The notes: generated from the sequence alone by a model not told the origin. A stretch of DNA of 64,000 nt from an uncultured Campylobacter sp. (GCA_963528045.1 CAURUA010000002.1:1116-65115), one strand, 5' to 3'. Numbered from the stretch's first letter, positions 1 to 11,123 are shown. A program made the numbers and translations.

Positions 1-2048
1 CGCTGCTTCATAGATTTATGAACTTAAGCGGCGGCTTTACGGGCGTCACGGGCGATTATTCTACGGGCGCGGCCCAGGTCATCATGCCGTACGTAACGGG
101 CTCAAATCAGGTCTATGAGCAGCAAACCTCGTGGCCCGTGGTGCTTGAAAACTCCAAAGTAGTGGTCTTTTGGGGGCTTAATCCGATCTCTACGCTTCGC
201 GTGGCGTGGACGAGCTCGGATGAGCAGGGATTTAAGTATTTTGAGCAGCTAAAAAATAGCGACAAAGAGATCATCATCATCGATCCGATCAAAACCGTAA
301 GCGGCAAGTATTTCGAGGGCAAGGCGAAATGGATCACTCCTCGCCCTAACACCGACGTAGCGATGATGCTAGGCATGGCGCAGCACCTCTATTTGCAGGG
401 CAAGTACGATAAGGAATTTTTACAAAACTACACCGTGGGCTTTGAAAAATTCGTGCCGTACCTCACGGGGCAGAGCGACGGCGTGGCTAAGACGCCCGAG
501 TGGGCTAGTGAAATTTGCGGCATTAGCGCGGACGTGATTAAAGAGCTTGCGATAAAATTTTACGAAAACCGCACGATGATAATGGCGGGCTGGGGTATTC
601 AGCGCGCTCATCACGGCGAGCAGGCGCACTGGATGATCGTAACTTTGTGCGCGATGCTAGGACAGATCGGACTTGCAGGAGGCGGCTTCGGCTTTAGCTA
701 CCACTACGCTAACGGCGGCGCGCCTACCTGCGCGGGCGGCGTGATCGGCGGAATGAATGCGGCAAGCGTCGGCGTCGTTAAGAACGGCAAATTCCTGGGG
801 CTTGCGCAGGATCAGAAGCAAGGCGGCGAAGCAGCCCAAGCATGGCTGGTAAATACGGCGAAGGTTGCTTTCCCTCTAGCTCGTATCGCGGACGTGCTGC
901 TAAATCCGGGCAAGACGATCGACGCGAATGGCGCAAAGATCACTTATCCGAAGATCGATTTTATCTACTGGGTCGGCGGAAATCCGATCGTGCACCATCA
1001 AGACACCAACACCAATATCAAGGCTTGGCGCAAGCCTCGCACCATCGTAGTGAATGAAATTTACTGGACGCCGACTGCGAAGATGGCGGACATCGTGTTT
1101 CCGACCACGACGGAGTATGAGCGCAACGACATCACGATGAGCGGAGACTACTCCAACATGCATATCATCCCGATGAAGCAGGTCGTCGCCAAGCAGCACG
1201 GTGCGAAGGACGATTATCAAATTTTTACCGACCTTTGCAAGGCCTACGCCGACGGACTTGCCGAGGTTTATACGGACGGCGGCAAAACGGAGATGGATTG
1301 GATCAAAGAATTTTACGAAGGAGCGGCGAGCGCCGTGAACGCAAACACCGCTTTGGGAATACAGATGCCGAGCTTTGAGCAGTGGTGGGAGAAAAACGAG
1401 CCGACGGAATTTTACGAAACGCCAGAGAGTGCTGCATACGTGAGCTTTGAGGATTTTAGAAATGATCCCGTTTTGGAGGCTTTGGGAACGCCTAGCGGGC
1501 TGATTGAAATTTACTCCGACACGATCGCTGCGATGAACTACAAAGACTGCGGCGCGCATCCGATGTGGTTCGAGCCCGTCGAGTGGCTCGGGATGAAGGA
1601 TAGGCCTGCGAAATTTCACCTGCTTAGCCTGCATCCGCTCGATCGCTTGCATTCGCAGCAGAGCAATACCTCAAATCGCAAGAGATACGCCGTCGCGGAT
1701 CGCGAGCCGGTGCTGATCAATACAGAAGACGCTAAGGAGCTCGGCATCAAGCAGGGCGATCTGGTGCGCGTATATAACGCTCGCGGCGAAATTTTGGCGG
1801 GAGCCAACGTAAGCGGCGATATAATGCGTGGCGTGGTGCAGATTTTCGAAGGCGCGTGGTACGATCCTAATGCCGAGGGTCTTTGCAAAAACGGAAATCC
1901 AAACGTGCTTACGATCGACCTGCCTACGAGCGAGCTTGCCAACGGCAACATCTCCCACACGGCGCTGGTAGATATCGAGCTTTATAAACACAAGGCGGGC
2001 GAGGATATCAAGCTAACCGCGTTTATGCCGCCTAAAGGGGCGAAGTAG
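1..2048 (+). CDS. DMSO-reductase-family molybdopterin oxidoreductase (TorA/TorZ/BisC-like), 5' partial
   Basis: Frame is open to the window edge. Motifs DYSTGAA, PRPNTDVA, GWGIQRAHHGEQ, ADIVFPTTTEYERND and C-terminal H-x-DRLHSQ molybdopterin dinucleotide-binding domain. Confidence 0.9.
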   Translation, partial: LLHRFMNLSGGFTGVTGDYSTGAAQVIMPYVTGSNQVYEQQTSWPVVLENSKVVVFWGLNPISTLRVAWTSSDEQGFKYFEQLKNSDKEIIIIDPIKTVSGKYFEGKAKWITPRPNTDVAMMLGMAQHLYLQGKYDKEFLQNYTVGFEKFVPYLTGQSDGVAKTPEWASEICGISADVIKELAIKFYENRTMIMAGWGIQRAHHGEQAHWMIVTLCAMLGQIGLAGGGFGFSYHYANGGAPTCAGGVIGGMNAASVGVVKNGKFLGLAQDQKQGGEAAQAWLVNTAKVAFPLARIADVLLNPGKTIDANGAKITYPKIDFIYWVGGNPIVHHQDTNTNIKAWRKPRTIVVNEIYWTPTAKMADIVFPTTTEYERNDITMSGDYSNMHIIPMKQVVAKQHGAKDDYQIFTDLCKAYADGLAEVYTDGGKTEMDWIKEFYEGAASAVNANTALGIQMPSFEQWWEKNEPTEFYETPESAAYVSFEDFRNDPVLEALGTPSGLIEIYSDTIAAMNYKDCGAHPMWFEPVEWLGMKDRPAKFHLLSLHPLDRLHSQQSNTSNRKRYAVADREPVLINTEDAKELGIKQGDLVRVYNARGEILAGANVSGDIMRGVVQIFEGAWYDPNAEGLCKNGNPNVLTIDLPTSELANGNISHTALVDIELYKHKAGEDIKLTAFMPPKGAK

Positions 2049-2422
2049 GGATTGGGGGGCGGTTTAGGTTTTAAGACTGGCTCATTGCTGGCTTGGACTA
2101 GATACGCCGATCCTCTACGGGCTTTAGCCAAACTCGCCGTGGTTTTGCTACGGCGAGTCGGGTTTGTTTGACTTACCGCAGCTGCGGATCGTAGACGATT
2201 TAGCTTGCCGCAGCCTCGCGACTGCAACGATAGGTCGCGGGGCTGATTAAATTTTATAGCCTTGCGCTTGCAGTGATGACTGAGTTGATTTGATTTATCG
2301 TAACTTTGAGTTGCGGCAGGCTGGAGATAACAGCGAGCGGTATTCGTCTCGCTGCCCCACTCCGCCCTATTTACTCGTGAAATTCTCGCCAAATTTAAGA
2401 ACTTGCCGTTTGGGCTAGAATT

Positions 2423-2680
2423 TCAATCCAAACTAAAAAACCGCCTAAGTCTCCATTTAAAATTTTTCTTCGGAATTTGCGTATCGCTAAAATCGTCGCT
2501 GTAAATTTCATTTTTATCGGTGAAATAGCCGCTGTTTTGAGCCTGTGGTATAAAGTCGGTCTGATCTTCTATTTTTACGTTTAGCGCCTTGAAATATTGC
2601 AGCAGCTCACGATACTCTTTTGTAGATACGGCATTTATTAAAAAGTAATTTCTGTTGTTAAATTTAACAACAAAATTTCT
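2423..2680 (-). pseudogene. Start-less ORF remnant of unknown function
   Basis: About 85 stop-free codons reading like protein (YFLINAVSTKEYRELLQYFKALNVKIEDQTDF...FFSLD*), with no in-frame start after an upstream TGA. Confidence 0.3.
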
Positions 2681-2850
2681 TTTTCACAGCCAAGGTAAAA
2701 TTTTGAAATTTACTGCTTTAAATCTGCACTGAATTTCAAAATTTTAAGCCATAAAATAAGATAAAATTTTAAAATTCCACGCCTTTTTTGGGTGTGAAAG
2801 TTTTTTTGGACAAATCCTACCGCTTTGATATTGATGCTTTTGTGCGTATT

Positions 2851-3115
2851 TTACTTATCTCCATAGTGAGTTTTACACTGAGCTATTTCTATGGCGCCAT
2901 TAGATATTCTAAATACGAGCCGATTTTTTTCCATCTATTCTAACACTATAAAGCCCTGATAAATTACCCTTTAGCGCTTCGGGTTTGCCTATACAATCGT
3001 AGCCGTTACGCTCTATATCTAGGATTAACTTATTTATGCGCTTTAGGATATTTTTATCATTTTCCTGCCAATACAGATAATCCTTCCAAGCTTCTTGCGA
3101 CCAGATTTTTTTCAT
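2851..3115 (-). pseudogene. yoeB: Txe/YoeB-family toxin, +1 frameshift near 2924-2932
   Basis: N-terminus WSQEAWKDYLYWQ...GKPEALKGNLSGLYSVRID. Removing one base at GGAAAAAAAT restores (E/G)KNRLVFRISNGAIEIAQCKTHYGDK*, which includes the conserved C-terminal HY. Confidence 0.85.
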
Positions 3116-3375
3116 CGATCCGCTTCTAACAAATCGTGCTCAATCCCGCTATTTTCCTTTAATTCGTCAAAAGAGCGCTTAAGATGAGATAAATTTTCGT
3201 GGCTGTAAAAGGGATCTGCCGTCAACTCGAAAGGAATTTTGCGTTCTTGCAATACTTTTTTAGCAAATATTGTAAAAGCAGTAGTTAAATTTAGCCCCAT
3301 TTCAGAGCATACTTCCTCCAATCCTTTTTTAAGCTCGGCATCCATTCTAAAATTTACGTTTATAGATCGCGTCAT
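3112..3375 (-). CDS. RelB/DinJ-family antitoxin
   Basis: VNFRMDAELKK...MGLNLTTAFTIFAKKVLQERKIPFE ribbon-helix-helix pattern; 4-nt overlap with the toxin gene. Confidence 0.9.
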   Translation of the reverse strand: MTRSINVNFRMDAELKKGLEEVCSEMGLNLTTAFTIFAKKVLQERKIPFELTADPFYSHENLSHLKRSFDELKENSGIEHDLLEADR

Positions 3376-3390
3376 ATTGTCTCCTTTTTG

Positions 3391-3425
3391 ATTGCATTAT
3401 ACATTATTTATATGGATAATGCAAT
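3391..3425. promoter_or_regulatory. Inverted repeat, probable TA autoregulation operator
   Basis: ATTGCATTAT (3391-3400) and ATAATGCAAT (3416-3425) are perfect 10-bp inverted arms just upstream of the antitoxin start. Confidence 0.65.
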
Positions 3426-3499
3426 GATTTATAAATGTACTTTGCTAAAATTCCATTACGAGAGAACACTATTAATTCTAAATCTAGCAAGATTTTAAT

Positions 3500-4813
3500 T
3501 CAAAACGAAATATGCATACTAAGCGCGATTATGCATAAAAGTAGCGCCAGCGGGACATAGACAAAGCGCCCGATATCATACCAGAGCTTGCCGCGAGCCC
3601 TATCTGCGCCCAGATTGATCTCATCTAAAATTTCATTCCGCTTAATCACCCAAAACCACGATATCGCGCCGATTACTGCTCCGATCGGAATGATATAAAT
3701 CGATACGAAATCCATCCACGGACCCCATGAGCTTATCGCTTCCATACCAAGACCTGCGCTCAGGCAGATCGCGCACAATAACGCAAGCGTGAAGGCGCGG
3801 CTTAGCCTTGGAAACTTATGCATTAGCGATTCGGCGACTACTTCGAACATATTTTGAAGCGATGAAATTCCACCAAAAATCACGGCGGTAAATAAAATCA
3901 CTGCAAAAATTCTACCACCTGCCATATCTTGCAAAATTTTAGGCAGAGTTACGAAAAGTAGCTTAGGCCCCGCCGCAGGATCCATTCCGTAAGCAAATAC
4001 TGCAGGGATCATCACTAGCGCAGCTACCATTGCGGCTAGCGTGTCAAATAGCGCGGTATTTTTCGCTGCAGATACGATGTCTTCGTCCTTGGATAGATAC
4101 GCGCCATAGACGATCATCCCTGAGCCCGTAATCGATAGCGAGAAAAATGCCTGTCCCATCGCAGAAATCCAAACCATCGGATCTGCTAGCTTAGTAAAAT
4201 CAGCGCCGAAAAGAAACGCATATCCGCCCGCAGCGCCTTGCAGCGTCGCGACCCTAACCGCTAAAATCGCAAATAGCACGAAAAATAACGGCATCATAAT
4301 TTTATTCGTTTTTTCGATGCTTTTGGCGCCGAAAAACAGCGTCAGCAACGTGCCTGCGACGATTATGCAGTGATAAGGCACTACGGAGTAGGGCGTCAGG
4401 GCAAAGGAGTTGAACCATGTATCGGTATTTTCGCTCATTAGCGAGCCGTCTATGGCTTGGACTAGCGCCTTTAAAACGTAGGCGATGATGACGGCATAGC
4501 CCACTGCGATACACATCGAACCGGCAAGCGGCAACCAGCCGATAACCTTACCAATAGCGCCAAGTCCGCGGCTTTTCCACGCGTATTCGTATGAGCCTAG
4601 AGTGCCTGTTTTGGCGCGGCGACCGATCGCGTATTCGGCGCTTAGGCCTACGTATGAAAACAGCGCTACGAAAAAAACGTAGATTAGCAAAAATGCGCCG
4701 CCGCCGTTCGTGCCGAGTTTATAAGGGAAGCCCCAGACATTTGCCATACCTACGGCGGAGCCCACGCAAGCGATGATAAAAGCCCAACGCGATGAGAATT
4801 TGTGTTTTGTCAT
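3500..4813 (-). CDS. Sodium-dependent transporter (NSS/SNF family)
   Basis: GSAVGMANVWGFPY...NGGGAFLLIY and QAFFSLS motifs; multiple TM helices. Confidence 0.92.
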   Translation of the reverse strand: MTKHKFSSRWAFIIACVGSAVGMANVWGFPYKLGTNGGGAFLLIYVFFVALFSYVGLSAEYAIGRRAKTGTLGSYEYAWKSRGLGAIGKVIGWLPLAGSMCIAVGYAVIIAYVLKALVQAIDGSLMSENTDTWFNSFALTPYSVVPYHCIIVAGTLLTLFFGAKSIEKTNKIMMPLFFVLFAILAVRVATLQGAAGGYAFLFGADFTKLADPMVWISAMGQAFFSLSITGSGMIVYGAYLSKDEDIVSAAKNTALFDTLAAMVAALVMIPAVFAYGMDPAAGPKLLFVTLPKILQDMAGGRIFAVILFTAVIFGGISSLQNMFEVVAESLMHKFPRLSRAFTLALLCAICLSAGLGMEAISSWGPWMDFVSIYIIPIGAVIGAISWFWVIKRNEILDEINLGADRARGKLWYDIGRFVYVPLALLLCIIALSMHISF

Positions 4814-5476
4814 AAAGTCATCCGTGCAAAAAATTTTCGTTATGGTAGCAAAAAGGAATTTAAGATTTATTTATGCGGAATTTTAAGGCGTGCCGATTTG
4901 ATTACTTAGAAATTTTTAGAATTTAAAATCGAGAAGTTTTAAAGCAAGATTGGTGAAATTTTATGATCAAAATCGATAGAGTTAATTCTGCGATACTGCG
5001 CGGCAAAATTTTATCTTTATAATTTTAGAATTTCTTCGTGAAATTTCATGCTTAAGCTTTGGATTTAAAATTCGCTTGGCCTGAGCTTGCGGCGGGACTT
5101 GCTATTTAAGTTAGGCGAGAAATTTAGATCAATTGAAATTTTAAAATTCCGCGAAATTTTGAAATTTTTAAAATCTACGATTTCGCAAAATTTGAAAATA
5201 GGATCATCGAGAAATTCTATCTAGCGTCGCTCTTATAGAATTTTCGCGGTAGAATTTTTCGCCTTTCGTTTACAGCGCGCAGAAGGTTTATAGATAGCAC
5301 TTTTATGGCGCTCTGAAGGGCGGTGGAAATTCCTGTGCTCGCTATTAGGGCATCTATGTGGGAGCGGCGATAAATTTTTGCCCTATATGGGGATTGAGAG
5401 CGTCGCAAGCGGCAGCATGTTTGAAATTTCCGGCACGCAGCATCGCAGGGCGGAATTTATTAACCCATACTTTGGC

Positions 5477-6814
5477 TTAGTTATTTTTCTCAGCCTCTTC
5501 GTTTTCTTGCGGCTGCGAGACTGCTTTTTTGATCGCTTTTACGAGCGAAACTCTTGTGCCATCCATTCGCAGCACTTCATAGTCGCAGTTTTCATCGCTT
5601 ATTTTATCGCCGATTTCAGGTAGGCTGCCGAAGAGATTAAAGACGTAGCCGCCGATCGTTAGCTGCTCGGTCTCTTCGTCGAAGTCAATGCCCATCACTT
5701 CCTCGACGCCTTCGATCTCGAAGCGGCCTCTAAACTCAAAGGTATTCTCGTCGATACGTTTAAAATTTTGTGCATTCGCGTCGTGTTCATCGTTGATGTC
5801 GCCAAAAATTTCTTCTATTATATCTTCCATCGTCAAAAATCCCGCCGTGCCGCCGTATTCGTCGATGACGAGCGCTGCAAAAATGCGCTGCTTATTCATC
5901 ATCGGTAAAATTTTAGAGATCGGGCTGTTTTCAGGCACGATGATGAGCTTGCGCACGATTTTATCGAAGCTTTTATCTCCCTTTTGTTGGATGATGTCGC
6001 GGATGTGGATGAGGCCTAGGACGTTGTCTTTGCTGCCGTCGATATATGGGAAGCGCGTAAATTTCGACTGCAAGACGGTTGCGTAGTTTTCGTCGTAGCT
6101 TTTTTGCTTATTTAGGCAAACTAGATCGCGGCGCGGCGTCATTATCTCTTTGGCGACGGTGTCGCTGAAATCGACGGCATTTTTGATGATCTCGGTCTCT
6201 AGGCTATCGAGCACGCCGCCTTTTAGGCTCTCGCTCGCGATGATTTTGATCTCTTCGTCAGAAAGCGCGAGCTCGCTCTCTTTGGCGGGCTTTACGCCGA
6301 TGATTTTAAGTGAGACGGCAGCGATGAAGTCAAATGCCTTGATGATCGGAAAAAACATAATCCAAAAAATATGAAGCGGTCTGGAGATAAAAAGCACGAT
6401 CTTCTCGGTTTTAGCAATAGCGATGGATTTTGGCACCAGCTCGCCGAGCACGACGTGAAATAACGTAACGAGCGTAAAAGATATGACGAAGGCGATCGTA
6501 TGTGCCGCCGCTCCGCTGCCTATGCCGATGGATCTTAGCGGCAGCTCGATCAGTCTCGATACCGCGGGCTCACCGATCCAGCCGAGGGCGAGCGAGCTTA
6601 TCGTAATGCCTAGCTGAGTGGCGCTGAGATAGGTGTCTAGTGAGTTTGAAATTTTAAAAGCGAGCTTTGCGTTTGGAATTTTATCCTTGATAAGCTCTTC
6701 GAGGCGAGACTTTCTTACTTTGACGATTGAGAATTCCGAAAGAACAAAAAAAGCATTCATAAAGATGAATACAAAAGCTAAAACTAACATTAAAACTGAA
6801 CTGTCCGTGTCCAA
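5477..6814 (-). CDS. CNNM/CBS/CorC-HlyC hemolysin-family protein
   Basis: FVLSEFSIV, YLSATQLGITISSLALGWIGEP, GELVPKSIA, CBS pair with DEYGGTAG, and a CorC-like C-terminus. Confidence 0.92.
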   Translation of the reverse strand: MDTDSSVLMLVLAFVFIFMNAFFVLSEFSIVKVRKSRLEELIKDKIPNAKLAFKISNSLDTYLSATQLGITISSLALGWIGEPAVSRLIELPLRSIGIGSGAAAHTIAFVISFTLVTLFHVVLGELVPKSIAIAKTEKIVLFISRPLHIFWIMFFPIIKAFDFIAAVSLKIIGVKPAKESELALSDEEIKIIASESLKGGVLDSLETEIIKNAVDFSDTVAKEIMTPRRDLVCLNKQKSYDENYATVLQSKFTRFPYIDGSKDNVLGLIHIRDIIQQKGDKSFDKIVRKLIIVPENSPISKILPMMNKQRIFAALVIDEYGGTAGFLTMEDIIEEIFGDINDEHDANAQNFKRIDENTFEFRGRFEIEGVEEVMGIDFDEETEQLTIGGYVFNLFGSLPEIGDKISDENCDYEVLRMDGTRVSLVKAIKKAVSQPQENEEAEKNN

Positions 6815-7111
6815 ATTTCTTATCCTTTGAAATTTAAAAATAAATATTTATGATTATATCTAAAAACGCTTTAAAATCCAAAAGGCGCGGAAAATACCTC
6901 GCGCCCGCTCGTAGAATTTTGCGGTAATTTAAAATTTCTCGCCACGACAGGCTTTTGTCGCGGCTAGATTTTATCGCAATAGAGCTTGCTCGCGGCGGCG
7001 GATAATCCTAGCGCCGTGCGCAAGTCCATTAAGAAATTTAAATGCGACGATAAAACCTACTACTTAAAAAACCTCAGCGCGCAAACTCTAGCAAAATTTT
7101 GAATCGCAAGA

Positions 7112-7921
7112 CTATCTATTTCTTGTGGCAGCCTCGTAAAGCGGCAAGACTTTTGGCATTACCTCTTTTAGATCGGCGATGCGATCGTCGTTTGAAGGGT
7201 GCGTGGACATAAATTTAAGCGGATGGCTCTCGTTTAGCTTATTCATCTTCTCCCAGACGTTTATAGCCGCCCTTGGATCGTATCCTGCGCGCGCCATCAG
7301 CTCGACGCCCATCAAATCAGCCTCCGTCTCATGCGTGCGCGAAAACGGCAGCGTGAATGTGTATTGAGCCGCCATGTTCAAAGCCGCCGAGCCCAGATCC
7401 CCAAGCCCTGCTGCGGAGCTTGCTACAGCGATACCGACATCTTTCATCTGTTCAGTCGAGGCTCGCTCTCGGCTGTGTTCGCGCAGTGCGTGCGACATTT
7501 CGTGCCCCAAAATAGCAGCCAGCTCGGCATCGGTAAGCTTAAGCTTTTCGATGATGCCCGTATATACGACGATGCGACCGCCAGGCATACACCAAGCATT
7601 GATCGTAGGGTCGTTGATGACGTTTACCTGCCAGTTCCATTTCAGTGCATCTTTGCGAAATGCGCCAACTTGGGCGATTAGGCGCTTCGAGATGCCTCTG
7701 ACGCGATCAGTTAGCTTTTTATCGGTATTTAGGACATGTTTGGCGTTTGCTTGGGCGGTAATCTGCCTGTAGGCAAGCGCGGCACTTTGATCCATTTCAG
7801 CTTCGCTTACGGTGATGAATTGCGAGCGGTCGATGCCTACGGCGCCGCCTTGCGTGGTGCTCGCGCAGCCGGTAAAAATCATCATCGCAGCAAAGGATAT
7901 TAAAAGAGCTAATTTTTTCAT
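7112..7921 (-). CDS. M48-family metallopeptidase lipoprotein
   Basis: Lipobox FTGC; NAWCMPGG, HEMSH zinc motif, ETEAD, STHP. Confidence 0.92.
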   Translation of the reverse strand: MKKLALLISFAAMMIFTGCASTTQGGAVGIDRSQFITVSEAEMDQSAALAYRQITAQANAKHVLNTDKKLTDRVRGISKRLIAQVGAFRKDALKWNWQVNVINDPTINAWCMPGGRIVVYTGIIEKLKLTDAELAAILGHEMSHALREHSRERASTEQMKDVGIAVASSAAGLGDLGSAALNMAAQYTFTLPFSRTHETEADLMGVELMARAGYDPRAAINVWEKMNKLNESHPLKFMSTHPSNDDRIADLKEVMPKVLPLYEAATRNR

Positions 7922-9032
7922 CTTTTCTCCTTAAAATTTTGCGGCGATTTTAGCGAAATTTGATTAAATTTTTAGAATTTTATTTTGGATTGCCGGATTT
8001 TGCAGGCGCGATCTATTTGGAATTTGCCGTGAAATTTAAAGACGGCCGTCGCCTTTAAAATAGGATTGGGCTTTGTAATTTAGCGATAAAATTTAGCGGT
8101 GATTTCGCAGAATTTTATCGCGAAATAAACGAGGCGTTGCCATGCAAAAACAGGTGAGTTTTAATCCAAGCGCGGTGCTGTATAAATACGGCGCCTCTGC
8201 GCCTAAATAGAGCGGGGGCGGTTTCAAATTTATGCTACGTAGGCTACGATAAGTCTAGCGGAATTTTATTTGCACTAAGTGCTCGGTTTGGGCGGATAAG
8301 AGCAATTTGAAATTTGCGCAATCAAATCGTGCGATAAAATGGGTTCGGATGTCACTATGATTTGAGATGAGCCGCGCTAATCTTTGCAACGCAAAATTCT
8401 AATTGTTAGCTTAGCGGTATCCCTTCACATTGCATCTTGCACTGCAATGAAATTTCGTTGTGGGAATTGAAATGATCGCAGAAATGTCAAATGCCGTAGG
8501 TACTTTTTCGTAGAATTTATCTCGCGAAATTTCATTTGCGCGCGTCGGGATAAAATTTCAAACCGCAAATCGTGCTATATCACTTTAGGGCGGAATTTTA
8601 AATTTTATGCGTTTAGAATTTTAAAATTCTGCTACGCAAATTTACGCGATGAAATTTCGAGCTTAAAATTCCGCGTCGCCTTTGGAATTTTATATGTGCC
8701 GCGCCGGCGATAAAATTTTGCGCTTTAAATTTTATCACTGCGGCAAGATTTGGTTGGACCGGGGTCTCGCATCGCTGTAGGATTTTTGGCGGCACGGAAT
8801 TTTGCAGCGCGCATCTAAATTTAGCTATGCAAAATTCGTAAAATTCTTTATCAGTATGGAATTTTATATCGCCGTTAAAGCGCATAAAGAATTCCGCACA
8901 AGCCTCGCAAACTCTAACGAAAGCTCCATTATTTGGAGCGCGCGAGCTTTAAGGCATGCTAGTAAATTTTGCAGCGCAAAGTAGCGAGCGCCGAGTGTTT
9001 GCCGCTAGGGATTTCACACCTGTGGCGCCCAT

Positions 9033-10292
9033 TTAGTCCTTTTTGGATTTTAGCTTGGCGATCGTTTCTTTTGCGGCCTCGTAAGCCTTGGCGCTCATCT
9101 CGCGTGCCCTTTCGCTTACGTTTTTGGCGACGTCGGAGCTTTTTAACTCGGCAAATTTTTGGCTCATCTTCTTTTCAAACTCGCTAAGCTCTTTTTTGAT
9201 TGCATCCAGTTTCTCGTCCAGATCGAGGTTTTCGATGATTTTGGCGCTTTTTTGGCTCAGCTCTTGAGTGATTTCGCGCGCTTTGGCGCTCGCCTTTTTC
9301 GCGCGCTCGCCAAGCTCGATCTCGCCGATTTTGGCGCTTAGTTGCTCGGCAAGATCGCTTGAAATTTTTCTAAATTTAGCCAAATAGCCTCCGAATTCTT
9401 CATCGGCGATCTTGGCGATCTCGCTTTTAGCGGGCTCCTCCGAGCTTGCGACCGCGTCGCTTAGCACGGCGCTAAATAGCTCGCTCATCTGCGAAATTTG
9501 AAGTCTTTCGTTCTCTAGGCTCTGTGCGTCGCTTGCTGGCGAGAAACTTAGCTCGTCGCGGTATCTCTCGGCGGCTTTGTTTATGCCGTCGTAGCAGCCT
9601 AAAATCGCGCCTCTAATCAGCGCAGAGGCGGTATTTTTGCTCTCGTTTGCGACGAAAATCGCGCGATTTATGATGATTTTTGAAATTTCTTTAGTGCGGA
9701 ATTTCGTAAATTCTCCGTCGCAGATAGCCGAAAATGCGATGTTTTTCGCCGTTTCGTGCGCGGTATCCTCGATGTCGGTTCCGCTTTCGAGCACGCTTAT
9801 GAAGGCCAGTTCGCTTGCTTCTTTTAGCACGTCCGCAAGCGGAAGTTTGCTCGCGATCGCTCGCTGTAGCGCCGAGCCTATGCGCTCTTTTAGCTCTGTT
9901 TCACTTGCGTTTTGCAGCGCGGTATCCAGATCATCGTAGCTGCGCAAAACAAGTGCCTTAATAGCCTTTTGCTTACAAGCTATCTTTTTGCGCAGATCGT
10001 CGTAGTCGTAGATGAGCTTGTAAAGAGCCTGCTCGTCCTCGTCGCACAGCGCCTTTTTAACGCCGTTAAGTAGGGCTTCTGCCGTCTCATCGCTAAGCGA
10101 GCCCGCGTCTTTTAACTCGGCTGCGAAGTCTAGGATTAATTGCGTGCTTTTGGCGCTTTTACTCTCGTCGTCAAGCTCACACAAAGCCTTCGTGGCTTCT
10201 TGCAAGGCGAGCTCTTGCACATATGAGGCTAGCTCGGCTTGTGAAATTTGCGCGAGATCGGCGCCGAATTTTTTGATTATTGCTTCTTTCAT
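9033..10292 (-). CDS. Hypothetical helical/coiled-coil protein
   Basis: Long Ala/Glu/Lys-rich ORF; AGGAG RBS before ATG at 10292; third gene of the moaC operon. Confidence 0.75.
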   Translation of the reverse strand: MKEAIIKKFGADLAQISQAELASYVQELALQEATKALCELDDESKSAKSTQLILDFAAELKDAGSLSDETAEALLNGVKKALCDEDEQALYKLIYDYDDLRKKIACKQKAIKALVLRSYDDLDTALQNASETELKERIGSALQRAIASKLPLADVLKEASELAFISVLESGTDIEDTAHETAKNIAFSAICDGEFTKFRTKEISKIIINRAIFVANESKNTASALIRGAILGCYDGINKAAERYRDELSFSPASDAQSLENERLQISQMSELFSAVLSDAVASSEEPAKSEIAKIADEEFGGYLAKFRKISSDLAEQLSAKIGEIELGERAKKASAKAREITQELSQKSAKIIENLDLDEKLDAIKKELSEFEKKMSQKFAELKSSDVAKNVSERAREMSAKAYEAAKETIAKLKSKKD

Positions 10293-10303
10293 TTCATCTC
10301 CTG

Positions 10304-10564
10304 TCACAATACATATTTAAAGTGAACTTTTAAGCGCTCGAAAATTTCGTTTCGATGCAAGTCGTCTTTAACGAAAACGCTTACGTTGAAGCTCATATAT
10401 TTGCCGCCGTTTGAAAAGCGCGAAAAGTCTATTTTGTAATTTTCGCCCTTTAAAATTTCATCGATCTGCTCGCGCTTTTGGGTAGTCGCGTCTAGGACTA
10501 CTTTATATTCCCAAAAGAGTGGATAGTCGATTTTTGGCTTTTCAGCCCCTAATATACACGCCAC
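10304..10564 (-). CDS. DUF493/YbeD (HP0495-like) protein
   Basis: [15 protein letters not shown]...[13 protein letters not shown]...YVL; likely GTG start at 10564. Confidence 0.8.
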   Translation of the reverse strand: MACILGAEKPKIDYPLFWEYKVVLDATTQKREQIDEILKGENYKIDFSRFSNGGKYMSFNVSVFVKDDLHRNEIFERLKVHFKYVL

Positions 10565-11012
10565 TCTTGCCCCCCTCTTTGCGCTGCAGCACGACATCGG
10601 TAATCTGCATCGATTTATCTATCGCTTTTAGCATATCATAAATCGTCAGCAGCCCCACGCTCACGCCCGTTAGTGCCTCCATCTCGACGCCCGTTTTGCC
10701 CGTGATTTTTACAGTTACAAAAAGCTTAAACGCGCATTCGCTCGCAAGCTCCTCAATATCCGTTTTAATCGAAGTAATCGTAAGCGGATGGGTCATTGGT
10801 ATTAGCTCGCTCGTCTTTTTAGCGCCCATTATCGCGGCAATGACGGCGGTTTGAAGTACGGGGCCTTTTTTGGCCGTATTTTGCTTGACGGCGGCAAATG
10901 CCTCCGCACTCATTCGTATGATACCGCTAGCGGTGGCTACGCGCTCGCTCTCGTCCTTGGCGCCGACATCTACCATGCGCGGCATATTGTTTTCGTCGAT
11001 ATGTGTAAGCAT
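10542..11012 (-). CDS. moaC: Cyclic pyranopterin monophosphate synthase
   Basis: LTHID...[54 protein letters not shown]. Start set at 11012, with its own TGCTATAAT at 11038-11046. Confidence 0.95.
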   Translation of the reverse strand: MLTHIDENNMPRMVDVGAKDESERVATASGIIRMSAEAFAAVKQNTAKKGPVLQTAVIAAIMGAKKTSELIPMTHPLTITSIKTDIEELASECAFKLFVTVKITGKTGVEMEALTGVSVGLLTIYDMLKAIDKSMQITDVVLQRKEGGKSGVYIRG

Positions 11013-11058
11013 AAAATTCCTTGCAGTTTTTGGCGGGATTATAGCAGAATTTCGGGCA

Positions 11059-11090
11059 TAAAAAAAGCCCGAGCTTTTACGCCCGGGCTT
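11059..11090 (-). terminator. Rho-independent terminator
   Basis: 10-bp stem (one G-U pair) followed by a T run on the minus strand. Confidence 0.8.
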
Positions 11091-11123
11091 CATACAAAAA
11101 GGAGGTTTTATCTTGTCGGACAA
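11059..11123 (-). ncRNA. Candidate small RNA with exposed anti-Shine-Dalgarno motif
   Basis: -10 TATAAT at 11129-11134, 5' CTTGTC/GACAAG inverted repeat, unpaired AAAACCTCCTTTT, and terminator AAGCCCGGGC-GTAAAA-GCTCGGGCTT followed by a U-run. Confidence 0.6.

Noticed and set aside
900..1652. Long antisense ORFs (also 21592-22344, 47837-48418, 55987-56568)
   Set aside because: Shadow frames opposite well-supported genes, with no motifs or RBS.
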